A stretch of DNA of 33,580 bases, from positions 1 to 33,580 of the forward strand of contig CAZGCP010000001.1 of the NCBI GenBank assembly GCA_964524525.1, read 5' to 3'. Of this stretch, positions 8,901-15,191 are shown piece after piece. The translations under genes were made by a program, and so were the position numbers. The notes below the pieces were generated by a model that was given only the letters and a program-made list of their open reading frames with translations, did no database searches and had not been told where the DNA came from. The stretch is from Candidatus Woesearchaeota archaeon. Its GTDB lineage: Archaea > Nanobdellota > Nanobdellia > Pacearchaeales > GW2011-AR1. Numbering within the stretch: position 1 is the first letter of the stretch; each line of letters starts with the position of its first letter.

Positions 8901-9630
8901 ATGAATAATACATCCCATTTTCAGGAGTGGTTACACCTAAATTTGGTTTTGTTGTATCATAAACAAAATTATTTGTTACAGAAGTTTCGTTTCCCAAAGT
9001 ATCAGTAAAATAATAATCCATTTCATTTTTTCCTTCTATTGGATTCAATGTGTCTCCGTTGCTGTTTTCCCAACCAATTGTGTTAACATCAGAAATATTT
9101 AATCTTATGAAAGAATTTGTTGAATCTATTACAGAAACTGCATCTGATATACTGAAATTATTAATTGGTTTTGTTGAATAGTGATTTTTGTTTTGAGGAC
9201 TTCCTATTGTTAATTCAGGAGAAATATTATCAAAATTAAAATTAATTGTTGTATCTTTTACATTTGAAGAATCATCAACAAAATAATATTGTAAAGCATT
9301 CAATCCTTGTTGAGGGTTTAAAGTTTCTCCATTTATAGAATCCCAATTATAAGTTGTATCATTGTTGAATCTTATGAAAGAATTAGAAGTATCTATTTCT
9401 GAAGAATCATCTGAAACAGTAAATTGATTAATTGGCTTTTCAGTATAAACCGAATCATTTACTGGAGAAGTTATTTCTATTTGTGGAGGTATGGTATCTT
9501 GAGCACTTAATTCTTTTGGAGTAGCTAATAAACTAAGTCCTGCAAAAGCTAAAGGTAGAACTGCATTTTTCTTAATTCCCTCCCCTAATCTCTTAAATAA
9601 GCTTACCATTTTTTTCTTCCCTGTTATCAT
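5908..9630 (-). CDS. Giant secreted repeat protein: about 9 Ig-like repeats, a dockerin-like Ca-binding pair, a unique central region and a T9SS-type C-terminal sorting-like domain
   Basis: 1240 aa. Signal-like N-terminus ...AVLPLAFAGLSLLATPKELSAQD. ~86-90 aa repeats (DT..P.L....P.N...YS.KP.NQF..SD...DSTNSFIRLN...W.NSNGD.LNP.EG.N..EYFFTDSAGN.SS..RNFVY). GDLNNDGEVTRADVDSINNLL and DVDGDGVITPIDKAMILKYI. C-terminus YPNPTDGDFNI...INIYNLNGNSL...GTYIYKI...KTGKIIKND. Confidence 0.85.
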   Translation of the reverse strand: MITGKKKMVSLFKRLGEGIKKNAVLPLAFAGLSLLATPKELSAQDTIPPQIEITSPVNDSVYTEKPINQFTVSDDSSEIDTSNSFIRFNNDTTYNWDSINGETLNPQQGLNALQYYFVDDSSNVKDTTINFNFDNISPELTIGSPQNKNHYSTKPINNFSISDAVSVIDSTNSFIRLNISDVNTIGWENSNGDTLNPIEGKNEMDYYFTDTLGNETSVTNNFVYDTTKPNLGVTTPENGMYYSYKPTNQFTISDTYLDSTNSFIRLNGSDIDTSGWENSNGATLNPIGDVRNTIEYFFTDSAGNNSSISRNFVYDTISPNLNSLTPVNDTIYSEKPTNQFSVSDTYLDSTNSFIRFNSDTLDWKNSNGDILNPIEGLNEMEYFFTDSAGNNSSMSRNFVYDTTAPFFNVDSVQDGMHYSYRPLNNFNVFDPISGTDSTNSFIRFNNDTIHNWDSIQGNVLNPRQGRNEIEYYFSDIARNDTSITKSFVYDTIYPSLKVGSPKNDSLYLERPINQFNISDTYLDSINSCIKLNGNKIDWKQSNGDTLENLLEGTNTIEYFFTDSAGNTVTTQKNFVYRNSSNGFDKHWLINPFKQSETHVSSSYGNGDLNNDGEVTRADVDSINNLLGQNVPNPKYAINLDGQPRLEGEISRAHDRADVDGDGVITPIDKAMILKYIDEGNKSYLPGRFWTSLTNDEKQSWVRNIASIDKSDSIPENSTPGEVWNSKNYARQVEINSKGIRNLSDITQEEYSSTLSQNPESLETLRRFNLPIYSVHNTTSDEWFNGILTEDNPLDANNWFFFNPTNDSEINTNSLSNSKIEVKYNYGYNEGTGNFIDMTFLEWNIDSVGNPNLSYSASSNRFVTGNPNKDNQNPEINFNLQNNSSYNKNTLEDFIFTVSDTSSNNSNFLDTLWYKLDDYSKQNINVGVNEVFPPKKSHLDTIQVPKIEGEHQVQIYAKDIAGNHSNRTINFIYDNTAPSLKVNHPDKEGVYSTHPINDFNVSDAVSRIDPFNSYIKLNGNKIDWEQSNGDTLEGMVGDTNTIEYYFTDKAGNDSSITRNWIYDNTKPTISINKPQGETVNDNDLAWEIIEENLDTAWYTVNGKSWGINNLVDTTGAGYQQGENSIEIYARDKAGNDTSISKTVYSDTTYESIDKSSFEDYSVKAYPNPTDGDFNIKYNFEKPQDGSINIYNLNGNSLEKGLIENDVKGTKRFNITGPSGTYIYKINTEKGYNKTGKIIKND

Positions 9631-9730
9631 TTTAGAATTACATCTTTATAAATTTAACGATTATAATTTTGGAATTTTTTGAATAGTTAAAAAGTTTTAT
9701 ATATTTAATTTACTTTATTTTTTAGTAAAA

Positions 9731-10117
9731 ATGACACTAAGATCAAAGGAAAATTCTTTAGGAGCATGGGCATTCCTAGTCGGAGTTATTTTAGCTATTA
9801 TTATTGGAGTTTCATCAGCCCTAATACCTATTCCTGCTATGGAAACATATTCTGCTCAAATCTATGCTATTTTAGTTATTTTGGGGATTATAATTGGTTT
9901 TATGAATGTTTCAGGAAAAGATACTCAAACTTTTATGATTGCTGGAGCAGTATTAGTTATTGTAAGTAGATTTGGGATGGATAGTGTTACTGGTTCTATA
10001 ATTGGTATTGGTATAGGTGATGCTGTTTCTTCTGTATTCGCTGCACTATTAGGTTTATTTGTTCCTGCAACAATAATTGTAGCCTTAAAAGCAGTTTTCT
10101 CAATAGCTAAAGTGTGA
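9731..10117 (+). CDS. Small integral membrane protein, function unknown
   Basis: 128 aa with about 4 Gly/Ile/Val-rich hydrophobic helices. The same-strand overlapping ORF 9766-9969 has implausible composition (rich in Y, F, C, S and W). Confidence 0.6.
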   Translation: MTLRSKENSLGAWAFLVGVILAIIIGVSSALIPIPAMETYSAQIYAILVILGIIIGFMNVSGKDTQTFMIAGAVLVIVSRFGMDSVTGSIIGIGIGDAVSSVFAALLGLFVPATIIVALKAVFSIAKV

Positions 10118-10125
10118 TTATCCCT

Positions 10126-10740
10126 TTAAAATAAATCTTTAAGATTAATAACTTTAGAACTATCTAAATCTAATCTGGGGCAAGCAGTGTTTATCCATGA
10201 ATCTATTTTAGAAAAATTCTCTAATTCATTAAAATTTAAATTATTTGCAATAAAAAAATAAACCTCTTTGTCTTTAATTTTATCTTTTAATTCTAAGGCT
10301 TTTTTAATTCTATTTTGTCCTGGTTTTGTTGATATTAAAATCCCTATTTTCTCGGAATTTAAATAATTCAGGTAAGAAGTTTTCTTTTTTGCTTCAAAAT
10401 TTTCTATTTCTTTTTTAGAAATCTTTTTCAAATTATAATTATCAAAAATAAAAACAGGTTTTTTTGTTTCATAAGCCAATGAAATTCCGTGAAATTTTCC
10501 TGAAGAAATTAATAAAATTACTTCTGTTTTTTCAGAAATAGAAGGTTTGGAACAACCTAATACTTGTGAAAAATTTAATATGTTATGAGAATCAGAAAGG
10601 TTTTTTTTAATATCTTTTGCAATGTCTTCATATTGAATAGAATAAAAAATAGAGAGATTTTTCTGAATCTTTTTTAATTGAGAAATTTTAGATTTATCTA
10701 AATGTTTATTGATTTTGCAAGGCACAAATAATTTTTTCAT
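10126..10740 (-). CDS. dph2: Dph2-like 2-(3-amino-3-carboxypropyl)histidine synthase (diphthamide biosynthesis), N-terminally short form
   Basis: 204 aa. Aligns by eye to the middle and C-terminal domains of archaeal Dph2: QVLGCSKP, LLISSGKFHGISLA, KIGILISTKPGQ, WINTACPRLDLD. Lacks about 85 N-terminal residues. Confidence 0.6.
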   Translation of the reverse strand: MKKLFVPCKINKHLDKSKISQLKKIQKNLSIFYSIQYEDIAKDIKKNLSDSHNILNFSQVLGCSKPSISEKTEVILLISSGKFHGISLAYETKKPVFIFDNYNLKKISKKEIENFEAKKKTSYLNYLNSEKIGILISTKPGQNRIKKALELKDKIKDKEVYFFIANNLNFNELENFSKIDSWINTACPRLDLDSSKVINLKDLF

Positions 10741-10770
10741 AATTTTAAATAGAAATCATTAATTAAAAAA

Positions 10771-11181
10771 TTAACTCAAATCCAATGTTCCCTCAGATTC
10801 CTGAGATTTCTTTTTTTGAAGTCCGCCTTTTACAACTTGTGCAAAAGAAGGTGTTGCAATAATCATGTCTGGTTGATCCTTACCAAATCCTTTTATGTCT
10901 CCTTGAAGAGCATCAGCTGTTTTTTTAATTTTAGATACAGCTCTTTTTAATTCAATAGAATCTTTTTGTCTTAAAGGTTTTACATTTATTACTGCAATAG
11001 TATATCCTTCTCTTAATGCATTAAGAATATCATTAACATCATCATATTCATTTACCACAAATAAACTTACACGCACTTTTTTTTCTTTTTTTTCTTGTTC
11101 CAAATCAATTTCTAAATAGTCCTCAGAAAAGCCCTCTTCAGAAGATTCAGAAAACATTTCTCTTATTCTTTTGAATACCAT
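10771..11181 (-). CDS. sepF: SepF-like cell-division protein (FtsZ membrane anchor)
   Basis: 136 aa. Amphipathic N-terminus MVFKRIREMF. SepF/DUF552-like core VSLFVVNEYDDVNDILNALREGYTIAVINVKPL...AVSKIKKTADALQGDIKGFG...IIATPSF. Confidence 0.65.
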   Translation of the reverse strand: MVFKRIREMFSESSEEGFSEDYLEIDLEQEKKEKKVRVSLFVVNEYDDVNDILNALREGYTIAVINVKPLRQKDSIELKRAVSKIKKTADALQGDIKGFGKDQPDMIIATPSFAQVVKGGLQKKKSQESEGTLDLS

Positions 11182-11232
11182 ATTTAAAATATTATTTGAA
11201 GATTTATAAAGATTTCGTAACTATAGTGAATA

Positions 11233-11574
11233 TTAATCATTTTTATTCTCTTTTTCTTCTTTTTTACTATCTCCTAAAACGTCTTGTCTCAATTGTTCCA
11301 ATTTATCATTTATTGTTTTTTCTTGTTTTTCAATTGAATCTAATCTTGAATTTATTGTTTTTTCTTTTTCTATTAGTTCTTTTTTTGTTTTTTCTTTATC
11401 TGTTTTTAACATTAATTGTCCAACTATTTTATAAACTTCTTCTCCTGAAGACTCTAATTCATTAATAGCTGATTTAGTTTCAGAAATCTCCATTTGAAAA
11501 GATTGTTTTTGATATATTAAGTTCTGTAAATTTTGTTCTAAGAATTGCATTTGCTGAATCTTTTCTTGAGACAT
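11233..11574 (-). CDS. pfdB: Prefoldin beta subunit
   Basis: 113 aa coiled-coil: QQMQFLEQNLQNLIYQKQSFQMEISETKSAINELE...VYKIVGQLMLKTDKEK. Conserved archaeal neighbourhood rpl37ae-rpoP-pfdB. Confidence 0.8.
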   Translation of the reverse strand: MSQEKIQQMQFLEQNLQNLIYQKQSFQMEISETKSAINELESSGEEVYKIVGQLMLKTDKEKTKKELIEKEKTINSRLDSIEKQEKTINDKLEQLRQDVLGDSKKEEKENKND

Positions 11575-11575
11575 T

Positions 11576-11716
11576 TTAATCTGTTTTTATTTTTTTTGTT
11601 TTTGTTCGAGGTTTAAAGAAAATTTTGCTTCCACAATGAGGGCAAACAAATCTTTTATCCAAATCTTTTAAAGTTATTTTCTTTCCACATTTAAAACATT
11701 TATAGTTTGTAGTCAT
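11576..11716 (-). CDS. rpoP: DNA-directed RNA polymerase subunit P (Rpo12/RPABC4)
   Basis: Not in the supplied ORF track (46 aa). My translation is MTTNYKCFKCGKKITLKDLDKRFVCPHCGSKIFFKPRTKTKKIKTD* with a CxxC...CxxC zinc ribbon. Lies between rpl37ae and pfdB. Confidence 0.75.
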   Translation of the reverse strand: MTTNYKCFKCGKKITLKDLDKRFVCPHCGSKIFFKPRTKTKKIKTD

Positions 11717-11717
11717 T

Positions 11718-11936
11718 TTATTGTATATAGTATGTATTTGAAGCAAATTTTTTATTACACTTGGAACACTGCCAAATCCCTTTTGATAATCTTTTAACGC
11801 CCAATTTATCGCAATGAGGGCATTTTTGTTTTACTCTTTGTTTAATTTCAACACTTATTAATTCTGATTTAGGTTTTTTACCATATCTTGGACCAAATCT
11901 ACCTGCTGATTTAATTTTTTTAAGTTTATTAGCCAT
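11718..11936 (-). CDS. rpl37ae: Ribosomal protein eL43 (L37Ae)
   Basis: 72 aa: KKIKSAGRFGPRYGKK...CPHCDK...WQCSKCNKKFA, a zinc-ribbon ribosomal protein. Confidence 0.9.
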   Translation of the reverse strand: MANKLKKIKSAGRFGPRYGKKPKSELISVEIKQRVKQKCPHCDKLGVKRLSKGIWQCSKCNKKFASNTYYIQ

Positions 11937-12053
11937 TTTAAATATTTTGGTTTTTATTATGATTTTCCATATAAATAAGGGTTTTTAAAACTATTCGTTA
12001 ATAACTTTTTATCAAACTTTGTGATGTGTAAATTAGAGGCGGGCTCCTTTCAT

Positions 12054-12434
12054 TTAGAAAGATAATTTCTATAAGAATAGTTTTGTAATGGACTTATTTT
12101 GAAAATATAATTTCTGAAAGGTTTGTTTTTGTAGTGTATCTTTTTTTTGAGAAGATTTCTCTAGGTGGAAATTGATTTTATAAAGTATCTTTTTTGAAAA
12201 GATTTCTCTAGGCAGAGGTTGGTTTTGTAGTGTATCTTTTTTGAAAAGATACATGGGGATGCCCGGATTTGACAAAAAATTCTTTTGTAGGAATGAATTT
12301 TTAGTTCGTCCGTCTTTCCAATGTGATATTCGGAAATCCGAACGAAACCGCAAGCACTTCAAATCATTTTTTATAGAAAAGATTTCTCTAGGCAGAGGTT
12401 GGTTTTGTAGTGTATCTTTTTTGAAAAGATACAT
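12054..12434. repeat. Degenerating array of ~45-49-nt units in the tRNA-Pro trailer. The best units carry a perfect 9-bp hairpin.
   Basis: Unit anchors 'gtatc' at 12136, 12185, 12232 and 12412, with weaker units from 12054 and 12091. Consensus is gtatcttttttgaaaagatttctctaggcagaggttggttttgtagt. Hairpin gtatctttt-ttg-aaaagatac at 12232-12252 and 12412-12432. Confidence 0.8.
12196..12272 (-). repeat. Distal copy of a 77-nt direct repeat. Includes an 18-nt copy of the tRNA-Pro 3' end (12255-12272).
   Basis: 12196-12272 is identical to 12376-12452 (offset 180 nt). On the tRNA strand it reads TCAAATCCGGGCATCCCC followed by 59 nt of trailer. Confidence 0.9.
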
Positions 12435-12452
12435 GGGGATGCCCGGATTTGA
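12376..12452 (-). repeat. Proximal copy of the 77-nt direct repeat (tRNA-Pro T-loop/3' acceptor plus trailer)
   Basis: Identical to 12196-12272. The 12435-12452 part belongs to the intact tRNA-Pro. Confidence 0.9.
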
Positions 12453-12507
12453 ACCGGGGTCATGAAGTCCCAAACCTCATAGGCTAACCAGGCTACCCCA
12501 CATCCCC
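12435..12507 (-). tRNA. tRNA-Pro (anticodon UGG), no intron, CCA not encoded
   Basis: Minus strand: GGGGATG TG GGGT AGCCTGGTTA GCCT A TGAGG TTTGGGA CTTCA TGAC CCCGG TTCAAAT CCGGG CATCCCC. Perfect 7-bp acceptor, 5-bp anticodon and T stems, G37, discriminator A at 12434. Confidence 0.9.
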
Positions 12508-12550
12508 TTAATTTAGATAGAAATAAAAAACACTTAATAAATTTTGCTAA

Positions 12551-13201
12551 TTACTTTTTAGCATCCTTTTTTTCTGATTCACCTTCTTTTGGTTTTTCAG
12601 CAGTACTATTTGATTCTTTTTCTTCAGCAGCTTCTTTTTCTTGCTTTAATGCTGCTTTTTGTTTAGAAGAAACTTGTTTGAAATATGCATCTAATTCTTT
12701 CTTTTTTTCCTCGGGAGTTTCTGTTTTTTCTTCTTGTATTTCTTTATCAAATGTTCCTTTATCAATCTCATTACCTATTTCAACTGCAGATTTATTTTCA
12801 ACTAAAACCCCTAAACTAGCACATGTCCCAACCACAGTTTTTACAGCAGTTTTTAGATTATTACAAAGAAGGTTTTGCATTTTTGTTTTTGCAACAGATA
12901 TTATTTGTTCTATAGAAGCATTTCCTACATGAGATTTAACTTGAGTTCCAGAACCCTTTTCTATTCCTAATTCTTTTTTTAATAATTCTGAAACAGGAGG
13001 TGAAAAAACATTAACTTCAAATTCTTTTGTTCCTGCGTCAATATCTAATTCTACAGGTACTTTTAATCCTTTGAAATCTTTTGTAGCATCATTTACTTGT
13101 TGAATTATTTGTCCCATGTTTAAACCTAAAGGACCTATTTTCTGACTTAATGCTGGTCCTGGTTTCATTTCTCCTCCTTCAACTAATAATTTAACTTGCA
13201 T
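12551..13201 (-). CDS. rpl11: Ribosomal protein uL11 with a ~60-aa Lys/Glu-rich C-terminal extension
   Basis: 216 aa. VEGGEMKPGPALSQKIGPLGLNMGQI...GLKVPVELDID...FSPPVSELLKKELGIEKGSG. The tail after about residue 155 is EEKTETPEEKKKEL...KEGESEKKDAKK. Confidence 0.9.
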   Translation of the reverse strand: MQVKLLVEGGEMKPGPALSQKIGPLGLNMGQIIQQVNDATKDFKGLKVPVELDIDAGTKEFEVNVFSPPVSELLKKELGIEKGSGTQVKSHVGNASIEQIISVAKTKMQNLLCNNLKTAVKTVVGTCASLGVLVENKSAVEIGNEIDKGTFDKEIQEEKTETPEEKKKELDAYFKQVSSKQKAALKQEKEAAEEKESNSTAEKPKEGESEKKDAKK

Positions 13202-13221
13202 TTAAAATCCTCCAAATAAAT

Positions 13222-13689
13222 TTATTCATTTTCTTCTCCTTCTGATTCTTCAGAATCTCTTCTTATAACTTTTACATTATCTAATTTAATTGTTACTGGC
13301 AAAGGCACTGCTGCTCCTAATAAACTAACCACAACTTCTTCTTTTTGTTTATCGATTCTTTGAATTTTTCCTTTTTCTCTTTTGAAAGGTTCTGAAAGAA
13401 TTTCTACTATATCTCCTTCTTCAATAGAAACTGTTTCTATGGAAGGTTGAACCATTCCTTCGATTTCTGGATAATCCACTGTTTTTCCGATAATTCCTTT
13501 CACATAAGGAAGATTGAATGCAGCTTCTTCTGCTGATTCTCTGTCTTCTGCTTCCAAAATAAGGTATCCTCTTAATCCGTGAGGCCTTAAAACAGCATAA
13601 ACATCAACATTTTTCTTTTTTGCTCTATCTGCCACCATCTCTAAAGCTCTTTCTTCCTTATTAGTTGTTACTTTTATAATAAATATCAT
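13222..13689 (-). CDS. spt5: Transcription elongation factor Spt5 (archaeal NusG)
   Basis: 155 aa. NGN domain (IFIIKVTTNKEERA...GYLILEAE) plus KOW (GDIVEILSEPFKREKGKIQRID). Conserved secE-spt5-rpl11 order. Confidence 0.85.
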   Translation of the reverse strand: MIFIIKVTTNKEERALEMVADRAKKKNVDVYAVLRPHGLRGYLILEAEDRESAEEAAFNLPYVKGIIGKTVDYPEIEGMVQPSIETVSIEEGDIVEILSEPFKREKGKIQRIDKQKEEVVVSLLGAAVPLPVTIKLDNVKVIRRDSEESEGEENE

Positions 13690-13817
13690 TTTGCTTAAGC
13701 TACCTCTTAATTTCTCAAGAAGTAGATAGAAGTATTTAAAAATTTAGGTTTATAAATTTTTGGTTTTTTTAATGTCCTTTTTTAAATAATAATTTCTCTG
13801 CTTATTTTTGAAAAATC

Positions 13818-13997
13818 TCACGCAAAAAGGCCCATAATAACTGAAATTAAAAAACCAAATAAACCTAAAATTAAAATTCCTATTGCAGAGACTTTAGCTA
13901 CTTGTTGAAACTCTTGTTTTGTTGGCTTTTTAAGAACATGCCATACTCTCTTACATTTCTTGTAAAAATTATTTAAGTTTTGAAAATGTTTTTTCAT
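13818..13997 (-). CDS. secE: Preprotein translocase subunit SecE (Sec61 gamma)
   Basis: Not in the supplied ORF track (59 aa). My translation is MKKHFQNLNNFYKKCKRVWHVLKKPTKQEFQQVAKVSAIGILILGLFGFLISVIMGLFA* with one C-terminal TM. Lies between ftsZ and spt5. Confidence 0.75.
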   Translation of the reverse strand: MKKHFQNLNNFYKKCKRVWHVLKKPTKQEFQQVAKVSAIGILILGLFGFLISVIMGLFA

Positions 13998-14032
13998 ATT
14001 TTTTTATAGAAAGAAGGTTTTTTAAGTTTATC

Positions 14033-15130
14033 TTATTCGTAAAATTCAATACCTAATTCGTCTTCTATTTCCTGATGTCTTTTCAAATCTCTATTTTCAT
14101 CTCCCATTATTTGAGAACTTTTTACACCTGTAATTATTACCAAAACCCTTAAAGATTTTTCCATATCCAAAGAGATTCTCGCTCCCCCTATTATTTTTGC
14201 ATTAGGGCTTAATTCATTTCCTACTTTTTCTATAATAGCTTTATACTCGTCAAGACTCATATTACTCCCCCCTACCACATTAACCAATGCTCCTGAAGCA
14301 TTTGAAATATCTACATCTAGTAAAGGGTTTTCTAAAGCTTTTTGAACTGCATCTATTGCTCTGTTTTCAGAATCTGATTCCCCTAATCCTATTAAAGAAA
14401 CACCTCCATCTGACATTATTGCTTTAACATCTGCAAAATCCAAATTAACTAATCCATTCGTGGTTACTAGTTCTGTAATTCCTTTTACAGCATTTGTTAA
14501 AATCTCATCTGAAATTTTAAAGGCTGTGTGTAATGGTAAATCTGGAGCTAATTCTAAAAGTTTATCATTTGGAATAACAATCAAAGTATCAACAATAGAT
14601 TCCATTTTTTCTAATCCTAAAGAAGCATTTTCTAATCTTTTTTGACCTTCAATTGTAAAAGGAGCAGTTACAACTCCTATTGTTAAAATCCCTTGTTTTT
14701 TGGATATTTTTGCTATCTCTGGAGCTGCCCCAGTACCAGTTCCTCCTCCCATACCACAAGTTATGAAAACCAAATCACTTCCAGCAATTTTCTTTTTTAA
14801 TTCTGATTCTGATTCCTTTGCTGCTTCTTCACCAATTTTAGGATTGCTACCTGCACCCAAACCTTGAGTTAATTCTTTTCCAATCAACACTTTTTGGTCT
14901 GCATTTGTATAAAGTAAATCTTGAGCATCAGTATTAACTGCAATCAACTGTCCTCCTTTTATTCCAATTTCATTCATTCTGTTCAAAGAATTATTTCCTC
15001 CTCCTCCAACACCAATGACTTTTGTTTTTGTAGATTGATGTTTTATTAATTCTTCTAATTCCCTATCTATTTCATTTCCTTTTGAGAAATTGTTTTGACC
15101 AGATTCCGAGTATTCATTATATTCGTCCAT
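14033..15130 (-). CDS. ftsZ: Cell-division GTPase FtsZ
   Basis: 365 aa. Tubulin signature [37 protein letters not shown]. Confidence 0.95.
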   Translation of the reverse strand: MDEYNEYSESGQNNFSKGNEIDRELEELIKHQSTKTKVIGVGGGGNNSLNRMNEIGIKGGQLIAVNTDAQDLLYTNADQKVLIGKELTQGLGAGSNPKIGEEAAKESESELKKKIAGSDLVFITCGMGGGTGTGAAPEIAKISKKQGILTIGVVTAPFTIEGQKRLENASLGLEKMESIVDTLIVIPNDKLLELAPDLPLHTAFKISDEILTNAVKGITELVTTNGLVNLDFADVKAIMSDGGVSLIGLGESDSENRAIDAVQKALENPLLDVDISNASGALVNVVGGSNMSLDEYKAIIEKVGNELSPNAKIIGGARISLDMEKSLRVLVIITGVKSSQIMGDENRDLKRHQEIEDELGIEFYE

Positions 15131-15191
15131 ATTAAAGAAAAGTAGTTTCTTGAATTTAAAAGGATTGTTGTTGTAAAATTAGGATAATTAT

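Noticed and set aside
12015-12120. C/D-box sRNA (GTGATGT at 12021 and CTGA at 12112), and the GC-rich 12-mer gaggcgggctcc at 12036-12047
   Set aside because: The box spacing (~85 nt) is too long and there are no internal C'/D' boxes. The C box is imperfect. The 12-mer forms no convincing stem, and a tRNA-fragment reading was too weak.
12255-12272. A split-tRNA 3' half or a second intron-containing tRNA using the distal fragment
   Set aside because: The fragment starts in the T-loop. No complementary T-stem strand (CCCGG) or 5' acceptor strand (GGGGATG) exists in the spacer, and I could not build a bulge-helix-bulge motif.
12054-12434. Possible CRISPR array
   Set aside because: The units are contiguous, with no unique spacers between them. 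They decay with distance, and the only long unique insert (103 nt) is flanked by tRNA-derived sequence. There are no cas genes in the window.
12255-12452. An integrated mobile element bounded by tRNA-derived att repeats (and likewise 27688-27827)
   Set aside because: It is not called as a mobile_element feature. The inserts are only ~88-103 nt with no integrase or any ORF. The repeats also extend into non-tRNA trailer, which fits tandem duplication equally well. It is kept as one hypothesis in the findings.
12069-12473. Track ORFs of 134 aa (minus strand) and 74 aa (12241-12465, plus strand), with the repeated peptide GIPMYLFKKDTLQNQPLPREIFS
   Set aside because: They read straight through the tRNA-Pro 3' end and the ~48-nt/180-nt DNA repeats. 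The peptide repeat is simply the translated DNA repeat. There is no start context or coding-like composition, so they are treated as non-coding.
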